Source: Escherichia phage Bp7
Strand: one strand, 5' to 3'
Sequence record: NC_019500.1
Length of the DNA: 64,000 bases
Position numbers and translations under genes: made by a program. Under the pieces are notes generated by a model that saw nothing but the letters and a program-made list of their open reading frames with translations, searched no databases and was not told where the DNA came from. Below, piece after piece: positions 56,522 to 64,000 of this stretch (positions within the stretch are counted from its first letter, which is position 1; the number at the start of each line of letters is the position of its first letter).

Positions 56522-57187
56522 ATGCCTACTATTAAAACTAACGATGAATTTGAGTTAAAGGTTTACAAACGTCGCGAACACACTAAAGCCTCTGCCAAAA
56601 AACGTGGTAAGGACTTTAACCTGTCTAGTAAGTACGTTCGTAGACTTCTTGAACAAAAAGTGTGTGCATATTCAGGCGAGCGCTTTGATGAGAATTCAGA
56701 TAAAGATAAGATTTCGTTTGAACGCTTTAACAACGATATAGGTTATATCGAAGGTAATGTAATCCCGGTTAAAGTTAAGTACAACGGGTTGCGAGCTGAT
56801 TTGTCTTTAGATGAATTGAAACGTGCACAGACTCGTTTAGCGTCCCGTATTTCAGGTGGTTCTAAAATGCCTAATAGTTTTAAAGTTACCCCAGATAATT
56901 ATTATAAAATTCGTAAAATAGTTAAAAATATTAAAGATACCCAAAGAGGTCTTAAAAAGCGTGAAAAACGTCTTAAGGACCTTATTAAATCAGGAGCCAC
57001 TGATAATACCCCTTCTGTCATCGCGGTTAAGGCCCGTATCCATGGTTCTAACGCTTCAATAGGTACTATGGAAAAGGGTCTCAAATCTATATTGGTGGGC
57101 CTGATTGGCGTGTCAAGTTTAAATTGTCTGAAGCAGAAACGCGTTACTATATGTATGATAAAATTATTCAAGGTCTGGAGCGTTTAG
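56522..57187 (+). CDS. endonuclease-VII/HNH-like domain protein, possibly degenerate (221 aa)
   Basis: N-terminal KKRGKDFNLS...CAYSGERF...NNDIGYIEGNV resembles Endonuclease_7-type domains but lacks obvious catalytic His. Confidence 0.4.
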   Translation: MPTIKTNDEFELKVYKRREHTKASAKKRGKDFNLSSKYVRRLLEQKVCAYSGERFDENSDKDKISFERFNNDIGYIEGNVIPVKVKYNGLRADLSLDELKRAQTRLASRISGGSKMPNSFKVTPDNYYKIRKIVKNIKDTQRGLKKREKRLKDLIKSGATDNTPSVIAVKARIHGSNASIGTMEKGLKSILVGLIGVSSLNCLKQKRVTICMIKLFKVWSV

Positions 57188-57274
57188 AACACCTTTCTTT
57201 TATTGACAAAATGAAGTTGAAAAAAGGTCTTCCGCTGAATGCTTCAATTTTTTCACTGATTAGAGGTTAACGTG

Positions 57275-57571
57275 ATGTACTATGCATACGTATTAGTTCA
57301 CAAGGACAAAGACGGGTACGAAATTCCATTAGAAGAGGCCGGTGAAGTGACTTTGTATTCGACAAAGATTGGAGCCGATACCGCTCTATCCGTTTATGAA
57401 ATGTCAACAAAAAGATATCTTCGGCTTGGACGCCTTGAAACGGTGTGCACACCTAGAAAATGGTGGTTTGATAAGTGGGAAACTAAAACAGTATATCCTA
57501 CCGAAGAACGAGCCCGAGAACTTAAATTAGTTTTAGACACTTTATATGTTAAGCGAGTAAAATTGGCATGA
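57275..57571 (+). CDS. hypothetical protein (98 aa)
   Basis: ATG 57275 after GAGG, directly upstream of dda. Confidence 0.5.
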   Translation: MYYAYVLVHKDKDGYEIPLEEAGEVTLYSTKIGADTALSVYEMSTKRYLRLGRLETVCTPRKWWFDKWETKTVYPTEERARELKLVLDTLYVKRVKLA

Positions 57572-58899
57572 TTACATTTGAAGACTTGAACAACGGCCAG
57601 AGGACGGCCTTTAAAGAAATCATTGAAGCTATTAAACGACGTAAGGGCGAATGGATTACATTGAATGGTCCGGCCGGTACAGGTAAAACAACCCTTACCA
57701 AATTTATTCTTGACCATCTAGTCAAGAATGGTGAACTCGGAGTTATTTTGACTGCACCCACTCATGCGGCCAAAAAGGTGTTGTCGAAACTCGCAGGTCA
57801 AGAAGCATCAACAATTCACAGAATTCTAAAGATTAACCCTACTACATACGAAGACCAGGACATCTTTGAACAACGCGAAGCTCCTGACTTGAGCAAATGC
57901 AATGTGTTAGTTGTTGATGAAGGCTCGATGATTGATGGTAAGTTGTTTAAGATTATTGAATCTTCCGTGCCACCATGGTGTACTGTATTAGGGATTGGCG
58001 ACAGAGCTCAGCTACAACCGGTAGAACCTGGCTGTGATGGTAGTCCGCAGTTATCTCCGTTCTTTACTCATCCAAAAATCAAACAATTACATTTGACTGA
58101 AGTGATGCGTAGTAATGCTCCTATCATTGAGGTGGCTACTGAAATCCGTAATGGTGGATGGTTTAGAGATTGTATATTCGAAGACCACGGTGTCCATGGT
58201 TTTAAATCTCAGACTGCTTTAAAAGATTTTATGATGAATTATTTTTCCATTGTAAAAGATGCTGATGCTCTGTTTGAGAATAGGATGTTTGCTTATACAA
58301 ATAAATCGGTTGAAAAGCTGAATAGCATTATTCGTAAAAAGCTTTATGAAACCGATGCACCTTATATCAAGGGTGAAATCCTAGTAATGCAAGAGCCTTT
58401 TATGAAGGAACTTGAATACGATGGTAAGAAATTCTCTGAAACCATTTTTAATAACGGTCAAATGGTTCGTATTCTGGATGTGAACCATACCTCATTGTTT
58501 TTGTCTGCTAAGGATGTAGGCACTCGTCAAATGATTAATTACTGGGACCTGCAAGTAGAATCTGTTGATGAAGACGATGAGTACTATGTAGAGCATTTAA
58601 AGGTTATCGATGAGACTTCGGTCGAGAAGTTCCATTATTTCTTGGCTAAGGTTGCTACTGAGTACAAAGCCATGCGTGGTAGTGGTAAGAAACCTAAGTG
58701 GGCTGATTTCTGGAAAGCCAAGCGAATGTTCAGTAAGGTTCGAGCTCTTCCAGTGAGCACTGTTCATAAATCCCAAGGACTTACAGTCCAAAACAGCTTC
58801 ATCTATACTCCGTGTATGCACATGGCTGATGCGAATTTAGCTTCACAGCTGGCTTATGTTAGTATTACGCGTGCTCGTACCGACGCTTACTACGTTTGA
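57568..58899 (+). CDS. dda: SF1 DNA helicase Dda
   Basis: 443 aa; Walker A GPAGTGKTT, Walker B VDEGSM; length and context as T4 Dda. Confidence 0.9.
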   Translation: MITFEDLNNGQRTAFKEIIEAIKRRKGEWITLNGPAGTGKTTLTKFILDHLVKNGELGVILTAPTHAAKKVLSKLAGQEASTIHRILKINPTTYEDQDIFEQREAPDLSKCNVLVVDEGSMIDGKLFKIIESSVPPWCTVLGIGDRAQLQPVEPGCDGSPQLSPFFTHPKIKQLHLTEVMRSNAPIIEVATEIRNGGWFRDCIFEDHGVHGFKSQTALKDFMMNYFSIVKDADALFENRMFAYTNKSVEKLNSIIRKKLYETDAPYIKGEILVMQEPFMKELEYDGKKFSETIFNNGQMVRILDVNHTSLFLSAKDVGTRQMINYWDLQVESVDEDDEYYVEHLKVIDETSVEKFHYFLAKVATEYKAMRGSGKKPKWADFWKAKRMFSKVRALPVSTVHKSQGLTVQNSFIYTPCMHMADANLASQLAYVSITRARTDAYYV

Positions 58900-58906
58900 G
58901 GAAAAT

Positions 58907-59146
58907 ATGATTAAAGTAACTAAAGACCAATTTTATAAGTTGAAATTTGAAACCGAATATATTATTAAGGTCGACCAAGACGATACAAATATTCGTGGCA
59001 AGGCCCATAAGGTCTTGCATTCTCTTAAAGAGATTGAATACGATTTTATTGCAATACAGCGTCTAATGGACGACAATATCTCTTCGGTTTATATTGAAGA
59101 CTACATCGTTGGCCAAATCCGAGACCTTATGAGGTATGTTAAATGA
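58907..59146 (+). CDS. hypothetical protein (79 aa), dda.1 position
   Basis: ATG 58907 after TGAGGAAAAT. Confidence 0.5.
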   Translation: MIKVTKDQFYKLKFETEYIIKVDQDDTNIRGKAHKVLHSLKEIEYDFIAIQRLMDDNISSVYIEDYIVGQIRDLMRYVK

Positions 59147-59817
59147 AAGATATAATTATTGACTTCGAAACCTTTGCTACTACCCAAAATGCTGCGGTTA
59201 TCGACCTTGCAGTAATTGCTTACGACCCTAATCCAGAGGTTGTAGAAACGTTTGAAGAGCTTACTCAACGAGGCCTTCGTATTAAATTTGACCTCGCTTC
59301 TCAACGTGATAAACGTCTGTTTTCTAAAAGCACGTTGCAGTGGTGGAAAGAGCAAGGGCCTGAAGCACGTAAAAACCTGGCCCCATCCGAAATTGATGTG
59401 AGCACTTCTATCGGCCTTGGTAATTTCCTGGAATACTGCCGTAAAAACGAAGTGGACCAATGGAAATCACAGATGTGGTGTCGTGGAATGTCATTTGACT
59501 TTCCTATCTTAGTCGACCTTATTCGCGATGCTTATCGTTCTGAAGGTGTTCCTGAGAATGAAATTGATACCAGTAAATTAGAACCGGTTAAATTCTGGAA
59601 CCAACGTGATATCCGTACGGCCATCGAAGCATATTCATTGACTCGCGGATTGAGCATGTGTCCTCTGCCTAACGGAACATTGAGTGGGTTTGTAGCCCAT
59701 GACTCCATCCATGACTGTGCCAAGGATATCTTGATGCTGAAATATGCTCAACGTTATGCCTTGGGCCTGGAAGATGTCCCTGAGAATCCTGACCCGTTAA
59801 GTGTAAAAAATCGATAA
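59143..59817 (+). CDS. dexA: exonuclease A (DnaQ-like 3-5 exonuclease)
   Basis: 224 aa; N-terminal IIDFETF DEDD exonuclease motif; position between dda and 39. Confidence 0.75.
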   Translation: MKDIIIDFETFATTQNAAVIDLAVIAYDPNPEVVETFEELTQRGLRIKFDLASQRDKRLFSKSTLQWWKEQGPEARKNLAPSEIDVSTSIGLGNFLEYCRKNEVDQWKSQMWCRGMSFDFPILVDLIRDAYRSEGVPENEIDTSKLEPVKFWNQRDIRTAIEAYSLTRGLSMCPLPNGTLSGFVAHDSIHDCAKDILMLKYAQRYALGLEDVPENPDPLSVKNR

Positions 59818-59821
59818 AAGT

Positions 59822-59850
59822 GTTTACTTCTCCTCATGACATGATATTAT
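59822..59850 (+). promoter_or_regulatory. early promoter (PeSL-type)
   Basis: GTTTAC, 17 nt, TATTAT; CTCCTCATG/CATGAGGAG inverted repeat. Confidence 0.45.
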
Positions 59851-59877
59851 CTACCCTATCAACATGAGGAGAACAAA

Positions 59878-60351
59878 ATGAAAATTTATCGAGTGGAGTC
59901 ATCGTTTAGTATCTTAGACAACAGCGATGTTATCACAATCACTCGTCATCAATGTCGCCAATTAACCCCGTATAGAGGCTCATTTGACGAATGGAGTGAA
60001 GGTTGGTTATTGGAAGTAGGTTTCGACAGACCTAATTTTAGACACCATCATACCAATAATAAAAATATTCCATTACCAAGTCAAGACGAATTGTTGGTTA
60101 AAAATTCTAATATGGTAATTAAAACCAAATTCGAACATGAAGATTATAAAGGTGTAGATAACTACATTCCAGGTTGGTTTGTCAATCTCTACCATTTTGC
60201 TTTTGCCAGCGAGTATGATATGATGCGCTGGTTCACTCGTGAAGAGCGTGCTGAATTATCTTCTAAAGGATTTTACCTTGCTGTTACGAAATACCTGAAG
60301 ATGAGTTGTCATTGGTGGCCGCCAAGTAAGGTTCCGCAAATCCCATGCTGA
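59878..60351 (+). CDS. hypothetical protein (157 aa)
   Basis: ORF with GAGGAG RBS. Confidence 0.55.
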   Translation: MKIYRVESSFSILDNSDVITITRHQCRQLTPYRGSFDEWSEGWLLEVGFDRPNFRHHHTNNKNIPLPSQDELLVKNSNMVIKTKFEHEDYKGVDNYIPGWFVNLYHFAFASEYDMMRWFTREERAELSSKGFYLAVTKYLKMSCHWWPPSKVPQIPC

Positions 60352-60493
60352 ACTCGTAGATTTATGAATGAGAACAATATGAAATTTAATTACAACCCTA
60401 AATACACCCCGAATCCAGCAGCTAAACTGATTGATTTGATGTTTTAAGCACTTATGTATGCCTGTTAAACCACTGGAAATTAAGGAACCTGCT

Positions 60494-60928
60494 ATGAATA
60501 CTCAGACTATCGAAATCGGCAAAACCTACAAACTGGTTGAACGTGAAATTAAAACTAAGGCCTTGATTTCTGGCCATAAAACTCTGACTGAGGTTTTTGG
60601 CGAAGGCGAATTTATTGTTGAAGAATTTACCAAAAGTGACTGGTTTACTAAATCTTACGTCATCCACGGCCGTCGATTAGATAATAACAAAATAGAGAAA
60701 ATCTTGGTTTATGAAGCAGAGTTCATCCTGTTCCAAGAAGTTGAAGTCGAACAAGACCCTACTGACCTGCTGTGTGCTGCTGTGTCTATCCGTCGTCCTT
60801 TTGATAATCCTATCTGTGGATGGGTAACAGACCAATGGGTTGAAGATGGGGTTGAGCTGCTGAACGTTGTACATGCTGGTGATTTTAGTGTAGTACCTCG
60901 TAGTGCAGTGGTTAATGTATTGAATTAA
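60494..60928 (+). CDS. hypothetical protein (144 aa), paralog of 61002-61568
   Basis: C-terminal GWVTDQWVEDGVELLNVVHAGDFSVVP shared with the next gene. Confidence 0.5.
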   Translation: MNTQTIEIGKTYKLVEREIKTKALISGHKTLTEVFGEGEFIVEEFTKSDWFTKSYVIHGRRLDNNKIEKILVYEAEFILFQEVEVEQDPTDLLCAAVSIRRPFDNPICGWVTDQWVEDGVELLNVVHAGDFSVVPRSAVVNVLN

Positions 60929-61001
60929 TAGTTTACTTTATCGAGGGCCATGTTATAATGGCTCTCATGGAGAATAAACCTTTAACCAAGAGAGAAAAAT
61001 T

Positions 61002-61568
61002 ATGATTACTATTTCCGATATCGGCGGTATTGTTCGTGTATCCAAAAAGTCTCGTTCAAAAGCTGCAGGCTGTTTAGTTGAAGTTGTTAGTATCCAACTT
61101 AAAGAAGGTGTCAGTGTAGAAAATTCTGAAGTAAAAGTGCGTATCATTCCTAAAAATGGTCAAACTGAAACTCAATTCGCTTATGTGCGTGCTAAATTCT
61201 TGGAATCGACTGAATTTACCGGATACATCGCTCCTGTAGTTGAAGAAGTTGAATCCCATGATGGGTATGTATGTGAAAGCAATGATATCCGTGGCGTAGT
61301 AGCTCAAGACGTTGAAACTATTGACCAATCTCATGTTGGTGTTGATTTCAAATGGAAATTAGGTAAAGGTGTCTTTTTCGTTTCACCTAAACCGTTTGAA
61401 TACAATTGCAAGTATGGTCCGACTTATGAAACCACTAGTATGTCCGGTTACATCACAGACCAATGGGTTGAAGAAGGTGTTAAGCTGTATAACATCGTGT
61501 TCCTTGGCACCTTTAAAGTAGTTCCTGAAAGTTTTATTGTTGAGTATGCTGATATTCATTTTGCATAA
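61002..61568 (+). CDS. hypothetical protein (188 aa), paralog of 60494-60928
   Basis: C-terminal GYITDQWVEEGVKLYNIVFLGTFKVVP. Confidence 0.55.
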   Translation: MITISDIGGIVRVSKKSRSKAAGCLVEVVSIQLKEGVSVENSEVKVRIIPKNGQTETQFAYVRAKFLESTEFTGYIAPVVEEVESHDGYVCESNDIRGVVAQDVETIDQSHVGVDFKWKLGKGVFFVSPKPFEYNCKYGPTYETTSMSGYITDQWVEEGVKLYNIVFLGTFKVVPESFIVEYADIHFA

Positions 61569-61640
61569 AGTTTAAAAACAGTATACAACAGGGTAGTAGT
61601 GTGATACTATTACCCTATCAACAAATGAGAGGAAAATAAA

Positions 61641-61865
61641 ATGGCTAAAGTTACTGTGAACTCTACTCGTGAAGAATTTGAAGATGTTCTGTTCAACCCT
61701 GATTTAATCGTGGTTCAAAAGGAACATTCTGATACGTTTTCTCATTTATCGTCAGTTTATGTATACGAAAATCAAGGCGATAAAAATCCTATCTATGCAG
61801 TGTTCCGTGAAATCACTGCTGAAGGCACCGACTTCTGGAAGGAAACTTACAATGCCACTTTATGA
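61641..61865 (+). CDS. hypothetical protein (74 aa)
   Basis: ORF with GAGAGGAAAATAAA RBS. Confidence 0.5.
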   Translation: MAKVTVNSTREEFEDVLFNPDLIVVQKEHSDTFSHLSSVYVYENQGDKNPIYAVFREITAEGTDFWKETYNATL

Positions 61866-62028
61866 TTACAAATGCCAATCTGAAGACTGTGCGAAAGAAT
61901 ACGAAAAAATCAAGAAAATCTCTGAAAGAGATAATGATGTTTGCCCTGATTGCCATCGGCTGGCTGTTCGGTTAGTCTCGGCTCCTAAACATGTTAATGG
62001 CGGTTTTTACGACCTGCTGACTAAGTGA
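61852..62028 (+). CDS. small zinc-ribbon protein (58 aa)
   Basis: CQSEDC...CPDC four-Cys motif. Confidence 0.4.
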   Translation: MPLYDYKCQSEDCAKEYEKIKKISERDNDVCPDCHRLAVRLVSAPKHVNGGFYDLLTK

Positions 62029-62034
62029 GAAATT

Positions 62035-62295
62035 ATGAAATATATTAATCGTTCTATTGCAGCTCTCGTATTAGCAGTTTCTTTGGTTGGATGTACTGAT
62101 GCCGATAATGCCACCCGTGTATTGGATGCAAATGGCTACGAACAAATCCAAATCACAGGATACAACCTATTTGGCTGCTCTGAAGATGATTTCCAACGTA
62201 CAGGCTTTATTGCTGTCGGTCCGACGGGTAAAAGGGTTGAAGGAACCGTTTGTTCTGGATTATTCTTTAAAAAGTCGACCATTCGATTTGATTAA
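62035..62295 (+). CDS. putative lipoprotein (86 aa)
   Basis: Signal peptide with lipobox LVGC. Confidence 0.55.
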   Translation: MKYINRSIAALVLAVSLVGCTDADNATRVLDANGYEQIQITGYNLFGCSEDDFQRTGFIAVGPTGKRVEGTVCSGLFFKKSTIRFD

Positions 62296-62311
62296 GGGCT
62301 TCGGCCCTTTT
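62296..62311 (+). terminator. rho-independent terminator
   Basis: GGGC-TTCG-GCCC followed by TTTT. Confidence 0.6.
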
Positions 62312-62361
62312 CTTGTTAAGCAAAGTATCCAAATCCTTAAATCTATGTTATAATACATATT

Positions 62362-63042
62362 ATGAAATATATAACATACTTAACAATATATGATGGAACA
62401 AAGCTACCTCCATTTTATATAGGCTCCACTTATTTGGATAAACACCTAGCTGGATATCATGGTTCGGTTACATCCAAAAAGTACGAAGACCTATATAATA
62501 AAGAGCTTGAGGAACACCCTGAATTATTTGATAGCATGATTTTGGGTGAATTTGAAACCAGAGAAGAAGCTACATTTTGTGAGCTTTATTACCAAAAACT
62601 TTATAACGTTGTTAAAAGTAATTTATTTTTCAATATGGCATATGCTACCGTTGACGGATGTTTTGGTATGGATGTTTGTAAAGAAAATAATCCATTTTGG
62701 AACCATAAACATTCTGAAAGTACATTAAAAGCCCAATCTGATGCTAAGATTGGAGAGCTTAATCCTATGTACGGGACTAAACGCCCTGAGCATTCTAAAG
62801 CAATGTCAAAAGAAAATAATCCTTTTTATGATAAGAAACACACCGAAGAAGGATTGGTTAAGTGTGGAATTAAAAATCGTAAAAGTCCGGTATGGGAATA
62901 TGAATCTGCTTTAGAAAAATTATGGTTAGAATTAGATAAACCTAAATTGGCTATGTTTATGCGAGAAAGTATTAAACGCGGTTTTCCTGAAGGTTCATAC
63001 AAAAATATTTTACGACAATTCGAGAGAAGACATAATGATTGA
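62362..63042 (+). CDS. GIY-YIG homing endonuclease (Seg-like)
   Basis: 226 aa; N-terminal YITYLTIYDGTKLPPFYIGST (GIY...YIG) with NUMOD-like repeats (NNPFWNHKHSE, NNPFYDKKHTE). Confidence 0.65.
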   Translation: MKYITYLTIYDGTKLPPFYIGSTYLDKHLAGYHGSVTSKKYEDLYNKELEEHPELFDSMILGEFETREEATFCELYYQKLYNVVKSNLFFNMAYATVDGCFGMDVCKENNPFWNHKHSESTLKAQSDAKIGELNPMYGTKRPEHSKAMSKENNPFYDKKHTEEGLVKCGIKNRKSPVWEYESALEKLWLELDKPKLAMFMRESIKRGFPEGSYKNILRQFERRHND

Positions 63043-64000
63043 TAATAAAATTGAAATGCTTAGTATTAAAGAACACGTTATTAAACGCCCTGGAATGTAC
63101 ATAGGAAGTGTATCATTCGAGGACCATGAACGTTTTCTCTTTGGTGAATTTAAAAAAATTCGTTATGTTGCGGGTGTTCTCAAATTAGTAGATGAAATCA
63201 TTGATAACTCTGTTGATGAAGCCATTCGTACCAATTTTAAATTTGCAAATAAAATCTCAGTTGATATTGATTTAAAAACTAATAAAGTTACTGTAGAAGA
63301 TAATGGTCGTGGCATTCCACAGGCTATGGTTATTACTCCTGAAGGTGAAGAAATCCCAGGACCTGTGGCGGCCTGGACCAAGACTATGGCAGGTGGTAAC
63401 TTTGGCGACGATAAAGAACGAGTCACGGGTGGGCAAAACGGTGTAGGCTCGAGCTTAACAAATATTTTCTCTACATTGTTTACAGGTGTAACTTCAGATG
63501 GCAAAAATGAGCTATCAGTAAATTGTTCTAATAACGCTGATAACGTTTCTTGGAAAACCAAAGCATCTAAAGCCAATGGAACAAAGGTTGAATTTATTCC
63601 AGATTTTACCCACTTCGAAATGTCAGCTTTTGACCAAATCTATTTAGATGTTACTTTAGACCGTTTGCAAACCTTGTCAGTGGTTTATCCCGACATAGAA
63701 TTTAAATTTAACGGTAAAAAGGTTCAAGGCCAGTTTAAAAAATATGCTAAGCAGTTTGATGAAGAAGTTGTAACTCAAGAACAAGAAACATGCTCTATTG
63801 CAATAGGTCGAAGCCCTGACGGATTCCGTCATTTAACTTATGTGAACAATATTCATACTAAAAATGGTGGCCATCACATTGAATGCGTAATGGATGATAT
63901 GTGTGATGAATTGATTCCAGCTATTAAAAAGAAATATAAAATCGAAGTAACTAAGGCTCGCGTTAAAGAATGTCTAACTATGTTGATGTTTGTCCGTGGA
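63035..64000 (+). CDS. 39: DNA topoisomerase II large subunit gp39 (GyrB-like ATPase), 5-prime part only
   Basis: ATG 63035; GHKL ATPase motifs (VDEIIDNSVDEA, EDNGRGIP, GGQNGVGSS); runs off the window end; absent from the ORF track. Confidence 0.9.
   Translation, partial: MIDNKIEMLSIKEHVIKRPGMYIGSVSFEDHERFLFGEFKKIRYVAGVLKLVDEIIDNSVDEAIRTNFKFANKISVDIDLKTNKVTVEDNGRGIPQAMVITPEGEEIPGPVAAWTKTMAGGNFGDDKERVTGGQNGVGSSLTNIFSTLFTGVTSDGKNELSVNCSNNADNVSWKTKASKANGTKVEFIPDFTHFEMSAFDQIYLDVTLDRLQTLSVVYPDIEFKFNGKKVQGQFKKYAKQFDEEVVTQEQETCSIAIGRSPDGFRHLTYVNNIHTKNGGHHIECVMDDMCDELIPAIKKKYKIEVTKARVKECLTMLMFVRG

Noticed and set aside
1-64000. tRNA genes and CRISPR arrays
   Set aside because: No ~75-nt cloverleaf candidates with a GTTCGAATC-type T-arm in intergenic regions and no regularly spaced direct repeats were seen.

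Overview
The window is an early/replication region of a T4-like (Tevenvirinae) myovirus, almost entirely plus-strand coding with short overlapping gene junctions. Identifications are by motif and recalled homology to T4/RB69 proteins; no search was run. Recognisable genes in order: nudE, e (lysozyme), denV, tk, nrdC, 55, 47, 46, rpbA, 45, 44, 62, regA, 43 (RB69-like DNA polymerase), imm, 42, uvsX, 40, 41, 61, 56, soc, two ModA/ModB-like ADP-ribosyltransferases, dda, dexA and the start of 39. Between them lie many small accessory ORFs, five free-standing homing-endonuclease genes (two HNH, three GIY-YIG-like), early promoters of the GTTTAC...TACTAT type with inverted repeats around the -10 (PeSL-like), TATAAATA late promoters and TTCG-tetraloop terminators. 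No tRNA genes or CRISPR arrays were seen. Four things stand out. (1) An ~0.9 kb segment at 17681-18598 is flanked by sequence matching a pGEM-T-type cloning-vector polylinker, so it is probably engineered or an assembly artefact. (2) No alpha-gt or beta-gt glucosyltransferase is present; instead a nucleotidyltransferase-kinase fusion, a HAD phosphatase, a P-loop kinase and an unknown 297-aa protein surround gene 42, a candidate hydroxymethylcytosine hypermodification module. (3) The 3-prime ATPase lobe of gene 46 is broken by several frameshifts and an 8-bp tandem duplication, next to a convergent HNH endonuclease gene. (4) denV carries a perfect in-frame 27-bp tandem duplication.
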